The notes: a model not told the origin generated them from the letters alone. 64,000 nucleotides of DNA from the human T2T-CHM13v2.0 reference genome, Homo sapiens (GCF_009914755.1 NC_060947.1); one strand, 5' to 3'. Positions 1 through 11,885 are shown, numbered from the stretch's first letter. Translations and numbers: made by a program.

Positions 1-409
1 TTCCAAGAATTGGAAACTATGCAGACTAGCAGCCGGTAGTTAATTAGTTTTACTTCTGAAACGACCCCTTTGTGCAGCTTGTCCTTCCTGAGAAAGAGGT
101 TAAAATGCTGCCATGGCTGCTTTTTAGCAGTATAGTGATTAAAACAATCCCAGGGCCTAAATAAGATGACTCTACTTGTTTGGTTGAGGAGAGAGTGGTC
201 CTCCTTCATTTTCTTTTTCTCCCCTCCTACTCACTGAACATCACATCAAAAAATGAGCAAATTCCTACACTTTACTTCCTATTCCTATAGGAGCTATTTA
301 GAGGGAGGAATGCTCATTAAAGGAGATTCTAGAATCTAAAGTTGCCTGTTTTACTGAAACTGGGAAGCAAACTGGAGATGTTACTAGCACAGCTAGGACA
401 CAGTTGATA

Positions 410-670
410 AAAGTAGCTAACATCTATTGTGCATTTAGCATATGCTGGGCCATCGCTTAAGGGCTTTTCATGGTTTATCTCATTTAATCATCACTACGAT
501 CTATGAGTTGGGTAGTGTTATGATTATGAGCATATATGTCCAGTTTTTCAGATGAATAAGCTGGGGCTGAGAAAGGTGAAGGGACTGGGCCAAGGTGAGT
601 TAGAATGGAGGCAGGATTTAACCACAGTAGTCTGGCCCAGAGCCCATTGCTCAACCACTGTGCTACCTGC
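410..670 (-). mobile_element. MIR SINE remnant
   Basis: Degenerate reverse-complement MIR core (tccagtttttcagatgaataagctggggctgagaaaggtgaagggactgggccaagg). Boundaries approximate. Confidence 0.6.
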
Positions 671-2424
671 CTTCCAGCTTCCATTTGCCTATAGTCTAGT
701 GGGAGTCATAAAAGAACTAAGAGAAGAAGATGAATCCAGACTGGAAGTGGATGGGCTCCTGGCTAGGCCAGGAGCCTCACCAGTCAGAGACCCTGGACCC
801 CCTGGCCAAGCTCACCGCGGGTGAAGAAAAAAATCCACCCCTGCTCAGCCTGGAGCGAGAAGGTGACCAAGGAGGAAATGGTGGCAGCCAAGCTCAGCAT
901 GACCGTCACTCACAGCAATGAGAAGCATGACCTTCACGTTACCCTGCAGCAGGTCCAGCGGTGAACCAATTGCCCAAGACCTGACCCAGGTTGTTGGAGA
1001 GGCCACAGGGGTTCCACTGTCTTTTCAGAAACTCATATTTAAGGGAACATCTCTGAAGGAAATGGAGATACCTTTGTCAGCATGTGGAATACAAAATGGT
1101 TGCCAAGTCATGTTAATTGGGAAAAAGAACAGTCCAGAGGAAGAGGTTGAACTGGAGAAATTGAAAGAGTTGGTGAAGCCTGTGGAGAAGAAAGCTGACG
1201 AACTTTAAGAGTTGAATAAACAGCTTACTGGACTCCAGCAAGGTTTTCTGGCCAAGGATTTGCCAGCTGAAGCTCTCTGCAAACTTGGTAGGAGAGGAAA
1301 AGCCACAACCAAACAGTTTATGAAGATCTTGGAAGAGATCGACACACTGATCCTGCCAGAAAATTTCAAAGACAATAGATCAAAAAAGAAAGGTTTGGTA
1401 AAAAAAAAAAAAAAAAAAGTCAGACGTTCGTAGCTGAGTGTGGCACAGTGGAGCAGAACATCTGCCGGGAGACCCAGCAGCTGCAGTCTACAAACTTGGC
1501 CCTGGCTGAGTAAGGTGTGGCAGAAAGAGGCTGTGCTGCCCTGAAGAACAGCACCACCAGCTCTGCCCTCTCTGGAGCAGAATTTACCTGATTTATTCTA
1601 GGGACAACTGGCCTATTGCCAATTTTCCTATTCCTAGCCCAGTTCTCAGTGAAAAACTGTTGTCCTTGTGATCTTGAGTAGGGCGCTTGTCTGTTTTCTC
1701 ATTGTGTCTCTGTGGCTGTGTGGTCCAGCAGCCTACTTTTTCTGGAGAGGGCCTCCCCTGCCCAGGTTTTCCCAGCTATTTGACCTTCTGGTGCTTTCTT
1801 TGGGCTGGTGAGATCTCTCCTTTGTCCTGAGCTAGTTCTAGGTTTATAGGCCACCCTGGTCTTCAGATACATGAGAGCTTTTTTGCTCTTGTGATCACAC
1901 AGTCCCATAGATGTAAAACCAGAATCACTAGGAGGTTGCATTTATAATCAGGAATGTTGAGAATGGCTTAGAACAGGTGTTCGGCACATAGTAGTCCAAG
2001 TGTCCCTCATTGTGACTTAATTCCAGAACATCAGGCTGGGTTATTGGTTTATAGGCATTGTTCTTACCTTTTAGTGACCTGACTAGCCTCAAGACATGAA
2101 ATATCAGGGGGCCATTCCTGGAATGAAGCGTATGGTTGATGCATGGACTTCCTCGTCCCCAGTAAAATCTTCAGAACCCAGTGTTGACTGAGTCCGTGCT
2201 TGAAACCAGGCATAGCAATGGCTTAGGCGGGGCAAAGAGGGGGAGCCACAATGAATAAAGCAGGCTGGTGGTGAAGCCAACCATAAATTTCCCAGGAATG
2301 ACATGTGCTTCCTTCAAGGGCATTTCTGTTAAAAATACCCTTCTGAGATCTGTATTTCCTTCAAGGCCATTCTTGTCCATTTTGTGGATTCTCTTGCAGA
2401 ATCACTGTTATTGAAAAAGTTTGA

Positions 2425-2574
2425 GCACAGGTATGGTGGCACATTCCTGTAGTCCCAGCTGCTTTTGGAGGCTGAGGCAGGAGGATCGCTTGAGCCCAGG
2501 AGTTTGCATGTAGCCTGGGCAACATGGTGAGACGCCATCTCTAAAAAATTAAAAAGTTAACGAATAAATAAATA
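2425..2574 (+). mobile_element. FLAM-type Alu monomer inside the BAG1 retrocopy 3'UTR
   Basis: Single Alu arm (cctgtagtcccagct...gaggatcgcttgagcccaggagtt...gcctgggcaacat), A-rich tail, flanked by aaaaagtttga / aaacagtttga. Confidence 0.85.
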
Positions 2575-2689
2575 AAACAGTTTGAATGCCCATCATCAAG
2601 CAGAAGAATGTTTTCTTTTTGTTTTGGTTAGTGAGAAAAACCATTCTGTGGTTCTAGGCATAATTTATGTTTAACAGAGTAGCCACAAC

Positions 2690-2930
2690 GTTTAATAAGA
2701 AGTTACTGTGTCTTGGACATTGTTCTAAGTTTTTAAATATGTATTCACCATTTAATCCTCACATAACCTAAGAAGTAGACAGGTATTAGCCCCGTTTTGG
2801 AGATCAGGAAACTGAGAACACTTAGGTAATCTGCTGAAGGTCAGACAGTACATGGCAAAACCAGGGCACAAAGCTGGGCAGTTTGGTTTCAGAGCCACTG
2901 TTTTTACGCTCTACCGTACTACCTCTCGAC
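2690..2930 (-). mobile_element. MIR remnant
   Basis: atttaatcctcacataacc...ccccgttttggagatcaggaaactgag is the reverse MIR core. Confidence 0.65.
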
Positions 2931-2999
2931 CAACATAGGGTTACATGCTCCCATTCTCTATATCCTCTCCCTATACTTTTGTCTTCCATGTTAGTCTTT

Positions 3000-3620
3000 C
3001 CACTTTCTCTCTGGCCCTCTCTAGTTCATTCTCCCCAGAGCACTCTGAGTGATTATAAAATACAAATCTTATCATATCAGTCCCCTGCTCAGAAACCTCC
3101 AATAGCTCACTACTTCTCTTAGGATAAAAGCCAAAGTCCTTACCTACACCTTCTCCCATCTCATCTCGAGCCCCTCTCCTGTTTGCTCTCTGCTGTCAGC
3201 CACTCTGGTCTTCTTTCAGGTCCTCAGATGCACTGTGCCCTCTCTTACCTGGGGGTCTTTGCACATGCTGCTACTTCTGCTTGGACAGCTCCTCACCATC
3301 CTTCCTCCACCCCCATCCCTTGTGTACATAACTCTTATTCATCCTTCAGAATGTAACCCAAAGTCTCTTCCATGGAGACCTCACCTACTCTCTTGAGACC
3401 ATATCAGGCCCCCAGATGTGATCCTCTCATGGCTACCCATAACTTTTCTTTCACAGCATTCACCATAGTCCATGATAGCTTATTGGTGGAATTATCTGGT
3501 TAGTATTTGCCTTTAACACTAGACTGCATGTTCCTTAGGTTAAGGAGCTTCTTTGTCTTGTTAACAGCATTATTTCAAGTACATTGTCTTGTATATAGTA
3601 GGACCTCAATAAATATTTGG
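3000..3620 (+). mobile_element. L2 LINE 3' end
   Basis: L2-like text (aggataaaagccaaagtcctt, ctttgcacatgctg) ending in the typical ctcaataaatatttg. Confidence 0.65.
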
Positions 3621-4308
3621 AGAACAAAACAAACAAACAAACAAGGTGAACCCATGCCAGATGACTGGGTTGAGTTGGTCAGGGAAAATTTCACAGAAGG
3701 CAGATTGGAACTAGGCTGAAAAGCAGGCTGGGTTTGATTTAATGAAGTGGGCTATGAAGAGCATTCCAGGTGAGGGGAACCAAAGGAGCTTTACACGTCC
3801 TGGGACCAGCAAACTGAGCAGTTTGGCTATGGCAGAGAGCTCTTGCAGTCATTTGCAGGAGACCTTTATCACACTTCTAATCCATGAGAAGTAGCAGGGT
3901 GAATGTGAAGAACTCTCAGAGCCCAGTGACTATTGGTGCATATTAGCCAGGGCACAGCGGCACTGCAATGACAAGGCGATGGGCCTGCCAAGCCCTCCCC
4001 ACTTCCTTTGGGCTGCCAGCATTCCTCTGAGTCTCCATGAGGTTTGTTTAATTCAGGGGGTGGCAGTAGGAAGCCCTCACACATTCTCCAATTTGGCTTT
4101 ACCATCAGCAAAGCTATTTTGATTCCAATCTGGCTTCTTGGATGCAAGGAAAGATGAGCAATTGGCACCCCCAAAACTTCAACAATGGGAAAGTAATAGA
4201 AAATTCAGTTTAAAAGGTATTAATAAATTATACAGGGTAGACTAAGAAGAGTCTTGAAGGCTGGTATAAGGAACTTGGTCATACAAGAATTATTATAATT
4301 CTCTGTGC

Positions 4309-4313
<5 letters not shown>

Positions 4314-4342
<29 letters not shown>
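4314..4342. repeat. (CA)n microsatellite
   Basis: About 14 CA units seen directly. Confidence 0.95.
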
Positions 4343-4345
<3 letters not shown>

Positions 4346-6192
4346 GTTTATCCATAGAGGAAATCACTGTGGGACTTGTTTACAAATTAATCTCTTGAAA
4401 TTTAATGTCATCAAATTCCCATCTTCCACAAATAAATTTGCTGAGAACTTTAAGTCATTAGCAAGTAAGTGTTTTCCAAGAATTATTTGATGACCAAAGA
4501 ACAGTTTAACCTACTTGGGAGACTTTAATAAAGCTTTCTTCTACAGCCCCATTCTTGACATTAAAAAACATAATAAGTAATGGTTTGACAAATATTATGT
4601 ATTATTTGGAAATACATTTTCTCATCCTTCTTCACAAACATTTTACCTCAAATTACAGCCTTTCAATTGGTCTCATAGGATTAGGTGATTTTTTTTCTCA
4701 TTCAGATTTATGTGTCTATATTTGTGTGCTAATTTGAAAATTAAGTACATATTTTAAGTACAGAGATACGAGTTTTCAATCCAAATCTGAAGACAATTGT
4801 TAACTGCTTCTGAACATCTCTTACTGCCAACAACCAGCAAATGGGAAAAACTTTCTCTAGGGAAACAGTTCCCAGTATATTCTTTTTTATTATCAAAATA
4901 CTTTGCACAAAAACAGGAAGATACAGTTTTCTCCTTAACTAAGCAAAATAGTTGTCCCAATCTCTGCAAAATATTCTTCCTATGACTCTGATCCTTCCAT
5001 GATAAAAGAAATGATAGCATGCCTTTGGTCTTCCTGCTTCAGGAAGCAAAGGAACTGTAGGAAAAGAATTAATTTTTCTTCTCACTTTTGAGGTTTGAGA
5101 CAAAGTTGTAACTCCAGCTTTTCAAAGTGCAAAGAAAACAATTCACACTTATTACTATCTGTGGGACACAAATGTATGGATTTAGGAGGAAATAGCTGGC
5201 CAGAAAAATGAAACGCATTTTAAACAAAATGCTACACTTGCTGCTTCTCCTCTCTTGGCTTCTATAATTTAGCCTCCATCTGACCCACCTCCATTGTAAT
5301 TGCTTTGGCTCTCTTAGTGTTCCTTAAAATTATCTTCCCTTTTCTCTAAAATGAACTGCAGAGCCATTTTTTTAATCTGCATTTTAAAAATTTACTTTAT
5401 TTATCTACTTAAAACACAGCCTTGTTCCAGGGGGGGTTTAAGGTGGCTTCAAAGGATCCATAACATACACCAAGAAATGAATAACAAATGGGACAAGAAT
5501 GAAGCTTATACTAAAATGCTTATACAATTCTACTCATTTACTCTGGGTAGACTACAAATTTGTTTCTAAGCTTTCTAGCAGGCAGTCTAGAAAAGGAAAC
5601 TTAATTAGTTACATCACTTACAGTGTCTGTAAAACAAAAACAAACCAATTATCCAAGTGAAGTGCTAGTATTCCTAATACTAAGACCAGAACAAAATTTC
5701 TCTTGAGAGGCTTCATAAAAAGGTCAGCATGTGATGTAACTGCCAGCGTTCTCTGTAGCAACCAAATGGGAGATGCAATGATGAATTTCACAGGGTTCGT
5801 ACTGCATTTCTCTGAAAAGGTAGATGGCATCGCATTAACTTGAAAAATCAGGAAAAGCAATTTTATCATGAGTTTAGGGGTTTGAGGGGGAGGGATACAA
5901 TATGATATATTCTAGATACTCACCTCTCTGCTCTGCTGGGCAAAACCAAGGATAACAGAACAATCCAGTACCCAGAATGGCCTCAGGGAAATTATTAAAC
6001 CACTAAAACTGTATGCAACATTTTGTGAATAGGAAACTGTATTTTTCCTGACAGACAAAATGCAGTTTTATCAGATCCTTAAAATACACACGTGACTCAC
6101 AAAAGAACAATTTCTTAAAAACTCTAGAGTTTTAAACCGACTGCAGATCCTGCGTGCTACTCTGCAAACATTTTTTTCCCTCTCAGCCTAGC

Positions 6193-7228
6193 ATTTTTTA
6201 AAAAAAAATTTGCAAAAAGAACCTTTTATTGTTTCCATTTGGTCCACGGCTTGGTGAGTACTTCTGGATGTTGAGAAGCTCAGGCCGAAATCCCGAAGCC
6301 AGAAGAATGCAGAGGGGCACCTCAAAGGTTGCTGGGCTCTGGAAGCTCCCAGTCGTCCTTGAGCCTTCTGAAGAGATACTCCACCAGCCCGGCCTGGCGG
6401 CTGGCCAGCCTGCAGAGGTTGGTCAAGTAGTTGCCCATCTTCTTGATGAGTTTCACCTCTCGGTCTAGGAAGTGCTTTTCCAGAAAATCACAGAAATTGG
6501 GATCTGTGTTGGCAGAACCTAGGGCATGCAGATCCAAAAAGGCCTGGTTCAGGCTCTTCTCCAGGGCCAGGGCGGCTTCCATGGCGGCCAGGCTGCCACT
6601 CCACTCATCTCAGAGCAGCTTCTGCTCATCTTGGAAGAGGCCGCAGCTGCTGGGCTGGTTCTGCATCAAAAGATGCTTGGCACCCTCGCATTTCTCTTCA
6701 GCCAGCTTGCGAAAGAAGTGGCCCACGCCCTTGAGAGCCACTTCGTCGCCTTCGAAATAGCTCAGAGAGAGGTTGGTGTAGGAGGCCTGCAGATGCATGT
6801 TGATCAGGCGGTCAATAGCGGCCTCCACGCCAGAGGTATACTTTTGGCGGCTCCGGGTGCTCATGGTTGGTTGGCGGGCAACCAGGAGCTAACCACAAAA
6901 GCTTGTTAGCTGGTCCCAGAAGCGAGAGATAATTGAGCAGATAGTCACGGAAGTTGTGAGTGGAGAGGCAGGGTTAGAGGGTGGGGAGAGGCAGCATGGG
7001 GAGAGGCAGAGTGGGGAAGGTGGGGAGAGGCGGGGTGGGGAAGGTGGGGAGAGGCGGGGTGGGGAGGGTGGGGAGAGGCGGGGTGGGGAGGGTGGGGAGA
7101 GGTGGGGTGGGGAGGGTGGGGAGAGGCGGGGTGGGGAGGGTGGGAAGAGGCAGAGTGCGGAGGGTGGGGAGAGGGGGGTGGGGACGGTGGGGCTTGGTGG
7201 GGTTGGGCGGGATCACAGGGCACAGAAT
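6193..7228 (-). pseudogene. FTLP16: Processed pseudogene of ferritin light chain (FTL)
   Basis: Minus-strand ORFs 6864-6610 and 6582-6322 share one frame and match FTL end to end ([53 protein letters not shown]). Intronless, FTL-like 5'UTR (ttttgtggttagctcc...ccaaccaaccATG), AATAAA at 6225-6230, exact 13-bp TSD CTCTCAGCCTAGC at 6180-6192 and 7229-7241. The pseudogene number is from memory. Confidence 0.95.
6978..7200. repeat. G-rich 24-bp minisatellite (GGTGGGGAGAGGCGGGGTGGGGAG)n, about 8-9 units
   Basis: Tandem units seen directly; ORF translations show 8-aa periodicity (PHPPHPAS). Confidence 0.92.
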
Positions 7229-7349
7229 CTCTCAGCCTAGCTTTTCTTTTTTTTTTTTTTCTTGCATGTAAGATTTATTTTGATGATATCATTCAGCCAG
7301 GACCCTGGTTTATTAGTAACATTGTACATATTCAAATTTCTTAAAGAAA

Positions 7350-9040
7350 TTTAATTTTTTAAATAGATTAAGGGGCTACAAATGTGCTTTTGTTACATGG
7401 GTATATTGCATAGTGGTTAAGTCTGGGATTTTAGGATACCCATCACCTGGATAGTGAACTTTGTTCCCAATAGGTAATTTTTCAACCCTCACCACCCTCC
7501 TTTCCCACTTGGGAGTTCCAAGTGTCTATTGTTTCGCTCTATATGTCCATGTGTATCCATTGTTTAGCTTCCACTTATAAGTGAGAACATGTGGTATTTG
7601 ATTTTCTATCTCTGAGTTACTCAGGATAATTGTCTCTAGGGCCATCCATGTTGCTGGGAAAGACATGATTTCTTTTTATGTCTATGTGGTATTCCATGGT
7701 GTAGATATATCACATTTTCTTTTTCTAACCATCCATTGATGGACACTTAGGTTGATTCCATGACTTTGCTATTGTGAATAATGCTGTGATAAACATAGGA
7801 GTGCAGGTGTTTTTTTGATATCACAATTTATTTTTCTTTGGGTAGACACCTAGTAATGGAATTGCTGGATCTTAGTAGTTCTATTTTTAGCTTTTCAGAA
7901 ATCTCCAATCTGTTTTCCATAGATGTTGTACTAATTTACATGTCCACAAACAGTGTATGAGAGTTCCCTTTTCTCTGCATCCTCTCTAACATCTCTCGTT
8001 TTTCTGACTTTTTAGTAATAGCCATTCTGACTGGTGTGCGAGGGCATCTCAACGTGGTTTAAATTTGCATTGCTCTGATGATAAGTGATGTTGAGCATTT
8101 TCATATATTTGTTGGCTGCTTGTATGTTTTTTATTGAGAAATATCTGTTCATATTATTTGCCCACTTTTAATGGGGTTATTTGGTTCTTTTCTTTTTGAA
8201 TTTTTGGAGTTCCATGTACATTCTGGGTATTAGTCCTTTGTTGGAAGCATAGTTCACAAATATATTTCTCTCATTCTGCAGGTTGCCTGTTTACTCCATT
8301 GATTATTTTTTGCTGTGCAGAAGCATTTTAGTTTAATTAAATTCCATTTTTCTATTTTTGTTTTTGCTGCATTTGCTTTTGAGGTCTTAGTCATAAATTC
8401 TTCGACTTGGGCAATATCCAGAAGAGTTTTTCCTAGATTTTCTTGCAGGATTTTTATAGTTTCAGGTCTTACATCTAAGTGTTTAATCCATCTTGAGTTA
8501 ATTTTTGTATATGGTGAGAGATATGGGTCCAGTTTCATTCTTCTACATATGGCTATCCAATTTTTCCAGCACCATGTATTGAATATAGTGTCCTTTCCCT
8601 AGTGTATATTTTTGTCGACCTGGCAAAGATCAGTTGATTGTAGGTATGTGGCTTTATTTCTGGGTTCTCAATTCTGTTTCATTGATCTGTGTGTCTATTT
8701 TTGTACCAGTATCATGCTGTTTTGGTTACTATAGTCTTGTAGTATAATTAGAAGTCAGGTAATATGATACCTATAGCTTTGTTCTTTTTGCTTGACTGCT
8801 TTGGCTGTTTGGGCTCTTTTTTTTTTTTGGTTCCATGTAAATTTTAGGATTGCTTTTTTCTAATTCTTTGAAAAATGACACTGATAATTTGATAGGGGAT
8901 ACATTAAATCTGTATATTGCTTTGAGTAGTATGGTCATTTTAACAGTATGGATTTTTCCATTCCATGAGCACGTGTTTTTCTATTTTTTGTGTTTGACTT
9001 CTATGATTTCTTTTACCGGTGTTTTATAGTTCTCCTTGTA
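7350..9040 (-). mobile_element. 5'-truncated L1 (L1PB3/4-like), ORF2 C-terminus and 3'UTR
   Basis: ORF 8254-8538(-) [19 protein letters not shown] is L1 ORF2; L1PB-type 3'UTR and T-tail at ~7350. Confidence 0.9.
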
Positions 9041-9262
9041 GCTTTTGATAACAATTTAATTCCTCTTTCTTTCCTAATTGTTAGAAAGGAGTCTTTATTT
9101 GTCATTTGGCTCATTTTTTACCATAATTCTAAGATGAGGTAAGAACATCAAAAGTACTCATAGTGAAATCCCTCTAAATCTTCATTTGTGAGTTAAAACT
9201 CCCTTGTTTTTAAATTTAGAGGCTTATGTACATATTTTTTTCCTGCTCCTAATCCCTCATTG

Positions 9263-9382
9263 GGAGTGACCATTAGTTACAGTTTGTCCAAAGTGGTCCT
9301 GTTGTCTTGGTATAATGATTAATAGCACCCCTTTCCCTCTCAAAAGGGTCCTTGTTTGGAATATATATTACATGGTCACCTT
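9263..9382 (-). mobile_element. hAT-Blackjack MITE (MER94-like)
   Basis: Terminal inverted repeats gtgaccat...atggtcac; internal attaatagcacccctttccctctcaaaag resembles the recalled MER94 consensus. Confidence 0.65.
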
Positions 9383-10699
9383 ACCCATTGAGAAGGAAAA
9401 GAAAACCTATACTATGAATAGAGTTTGTAAAACATTGAACTTGACCATGATTTGTTTCCATTTTATTACTTAATCATACCAGTAAGAACCCTATCATAAA
9501 TTTTCTATTCATCACTTTATATTTTTTATTCATTGACCTAATTATTTCTTCTAGAAAGTTCTATTGAATGGCATATGTACCAGGTGTTTTGTTAGGTACT
9601 GGTGGCTTCTTAGGGTTCAGGACCTTGCTCCATTAACTGAAACATCATGTGAATGAGTGCAAAAGACAAAAAATACAGATTTATAAATCCTACCAAAATA
9701 GAAAATAATCCATATAAGTTGAATGAGTTGGCCATTTCCTGTTGGAAGATGTTCTCACAGGGTATCCTCCGGCTTTGTGAGTCCATGCTTAGTATTTTAT
9801 TTTCCTAAATACCACTTTCCTGGTGCTGTTTCACAATTAGAACACTTTTGTATGTTTTCTAACAAACAAGAAGGCATATTCTATTCAGGGTAAACAAGAT
9901 TTGAACCCCAGAGAAGAGAGTTTTGCTTTGAACTTTGGACTTCGGACTAAATAAAAATAAAAATTCATTTTTTTCAGCAGCTTTCAATTTGTATTTTCTC
10001 TGTTGCTGAAAACTGACATCTTAAAATTTCAAAAAGAAGCCTGGAGTCTTCCTTTACTGCTTAAGGTAAAATATGAACACATATCCTTTATCTAAATACA
10101 GGATATATTGTCATTTTTAATTTCATGGATGGTTGTAGTCCAAAAGTATTCTCATATTGCATTTGAAATTTGCAAAAACTGTTAATATTCAGAAATAGTC
10201 ACATTTTTCAATCTTGGGGGGAATTAACTGGATAAAACATGAGTGCATAGTTCTGCAGTCTTCCTGGCCTTGGTTCTAGGGCAGAAAAGAGGCTGGCAGT
10301 GTAGAGGAGGAGGAAAAACAAAAATTCAAACCCAAGAACAACCCTAGCAGGTAACTAAATAAGAGATAAATTAAACCAGATGCAATGCTCTCCAAATGAC
10401 TGCAAAGAAAATGATTGTTTTCTACCTTGTACATAAACAATTAATCATCATATTGACCTTATAATAAGGAAATGCTAAGCTTAGAGAAAACTTCACCATA
10501 TAAAATATTACCTGCATTGCAGCATGTCAGGGTCATTTAATATATTTCAATTTCCTATACATTTACTTATTCCTCTTGGAAGAGAATAATGTCTATATAA
10601 ACCTTTCCAGATGAGATAGTTTTCTGCCTTGTGCAAATGTTGACAAATCTTTCCGTCATTACTTTAGAAAAAAAAAAGAGCCAATATCAGAGCCATACT

Positions 10700-10910
10700 C
10701 TGGAGGTAGTTAAGCACACAGCCGTTAGAATCAGACCAAGGTAGGCTCAAAACCCAGCTTCGTCACTGTGAGTGTGAACTTAGGCAGGTAATATAACTTC
10801 TATTAGCCTCAGCTTTCTTGCTTATAAAATGGAGATGTTAATATCTCACAAGTATGCTACAAAGGTTAAGTGATAAAATGCACAAGAAAATGCTGCCAAA
10901 CAAGTAGAAA
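10700..10910 (+). mobile_element. MIR
   Basis: gcctcagctttcttgcttataaaatggagatg MIR core. Confidence 0.7.
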
Positions 10911-11419
10911 GAACTCAAAAAATGGTGCTATATGATCGATCAGTTTTGGAATAAAATTTCAGAGATCCTCTCAAACCCCAGTAAGTATCAGAAGCAGATC
11001 CCAATATGTTTTTGATCCAAGTTTTCTCACTGCTAGACCTCTTTTGCTGAATCACCCTCTGTGGGTGGCTACACCCTTTCAAGCACGAAAGCACATAGGT
11101 ACAGCTTTGAGTGTTCAAGATCAAGGCATTTAGAACACAAGCAAAGGCAGCTCCTCTTACTTCCCTTGGCTGAGCAAGCATCAACAATGCCTCCCGAGGC
11201 ATTGATCGTTGTGGAAGCAGGAGGAGCAGTGCAAAGGTGGCAGAAGTATGTTTTCTCAGTTCTCCAGACCAAGATAATTATCCATTACAGAAAAAAAAAA
11301 AAAAAAAAAGAATGAGTGCCTATTTTGTAGGATAGGGTAAGATTCTGAAACATTACACGTGAGTGGTAAAATTCACCTTCCCTTTCACTCAAATATAAAC
11401 CTTGGGATGCCTTGAGAAT

Positions 11420-11885
11420 CTTTGATCAGATTCCCCAGAAGTAGTCCCTGATATGAGGATTCCTGTGCAAGTGATTTATGGGGAAGGTGCTCCCACAGGG
11501 AGACCAAAACAAAGTGGGGAAAGCAGGACAGAGAAAGAAGCCAATAAACAAAGCTTCAATGTCAGGAAATATCACAGCTTAGTCATGATCTCAAGGTGGA
11601 GCTCTGGGGTGCAAATCACACCTAGAGTTTATTTCAACATGAGACAAGGGAACTGGGCTTTTATATTCTTGCCCAATGGTCGTGGGCCTCCCCAGGGTAA
11701 TAAAAAACTCCCAGGGTACATGGGAGGTATGTACAAGTGAAGCAACTCCATTAGTCCAAGAGAAAGCCGCCAAAGAAGGTCACAGGTGCTAGTAACTAGC
11801 AGAAAAGCACCCTGAAATTGGGTGCTGAGCATATCAAACAGGGAGAAGGGAATTTGGGTAGGGCGTGTACAGTATCCAGCACCAG
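11420..11885 (-). mobile_element. MLT1 (ERVL-MaLR) solo LTR
   Basis: ttccccagaagtagtccctgatatgaggattcctgtgcaagtgatttat is the reverse of an MLT1I/J-type 3' end. Confidence 0.65.

Larger units (their letters stand above)
739..3642 (+). pseudogene. BAG1P1: Processed pseudogene of BAG1 (BAG cochaperone 1), long-3'UTR isoform
   Basis: Intronless translation matches the BAG1 UBL and BAG domains ([57 protein letters not shown]). BAG1S ATG at 878, frameshift near 953, premature TAA 1206-1208, A-run 1400-1418, native stop 1511-1513. AATAAA 3608-3613, decayed (CAAA)n tail, candidate TSD 724-738 / 3640-3654 (12/15). The parent gene is secure; the pseudogene number is from memory. Confidence 0.93.

Noticed and set aside
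6945-7344. Five overlapping Pro/Gly/Arg-rich ORFs
   Set aside because: These are translations of the stop-free 24-bp VNTR.
9651-11319. GAATGAGTGC at 9651-9660 and again after the A19 run, as a TSD of a hidden retrocopy
   Set aside because: Only a 10-bp match to a common L2-end-like motif, with no poly(A) signal before the run and no recognisable parent gene.
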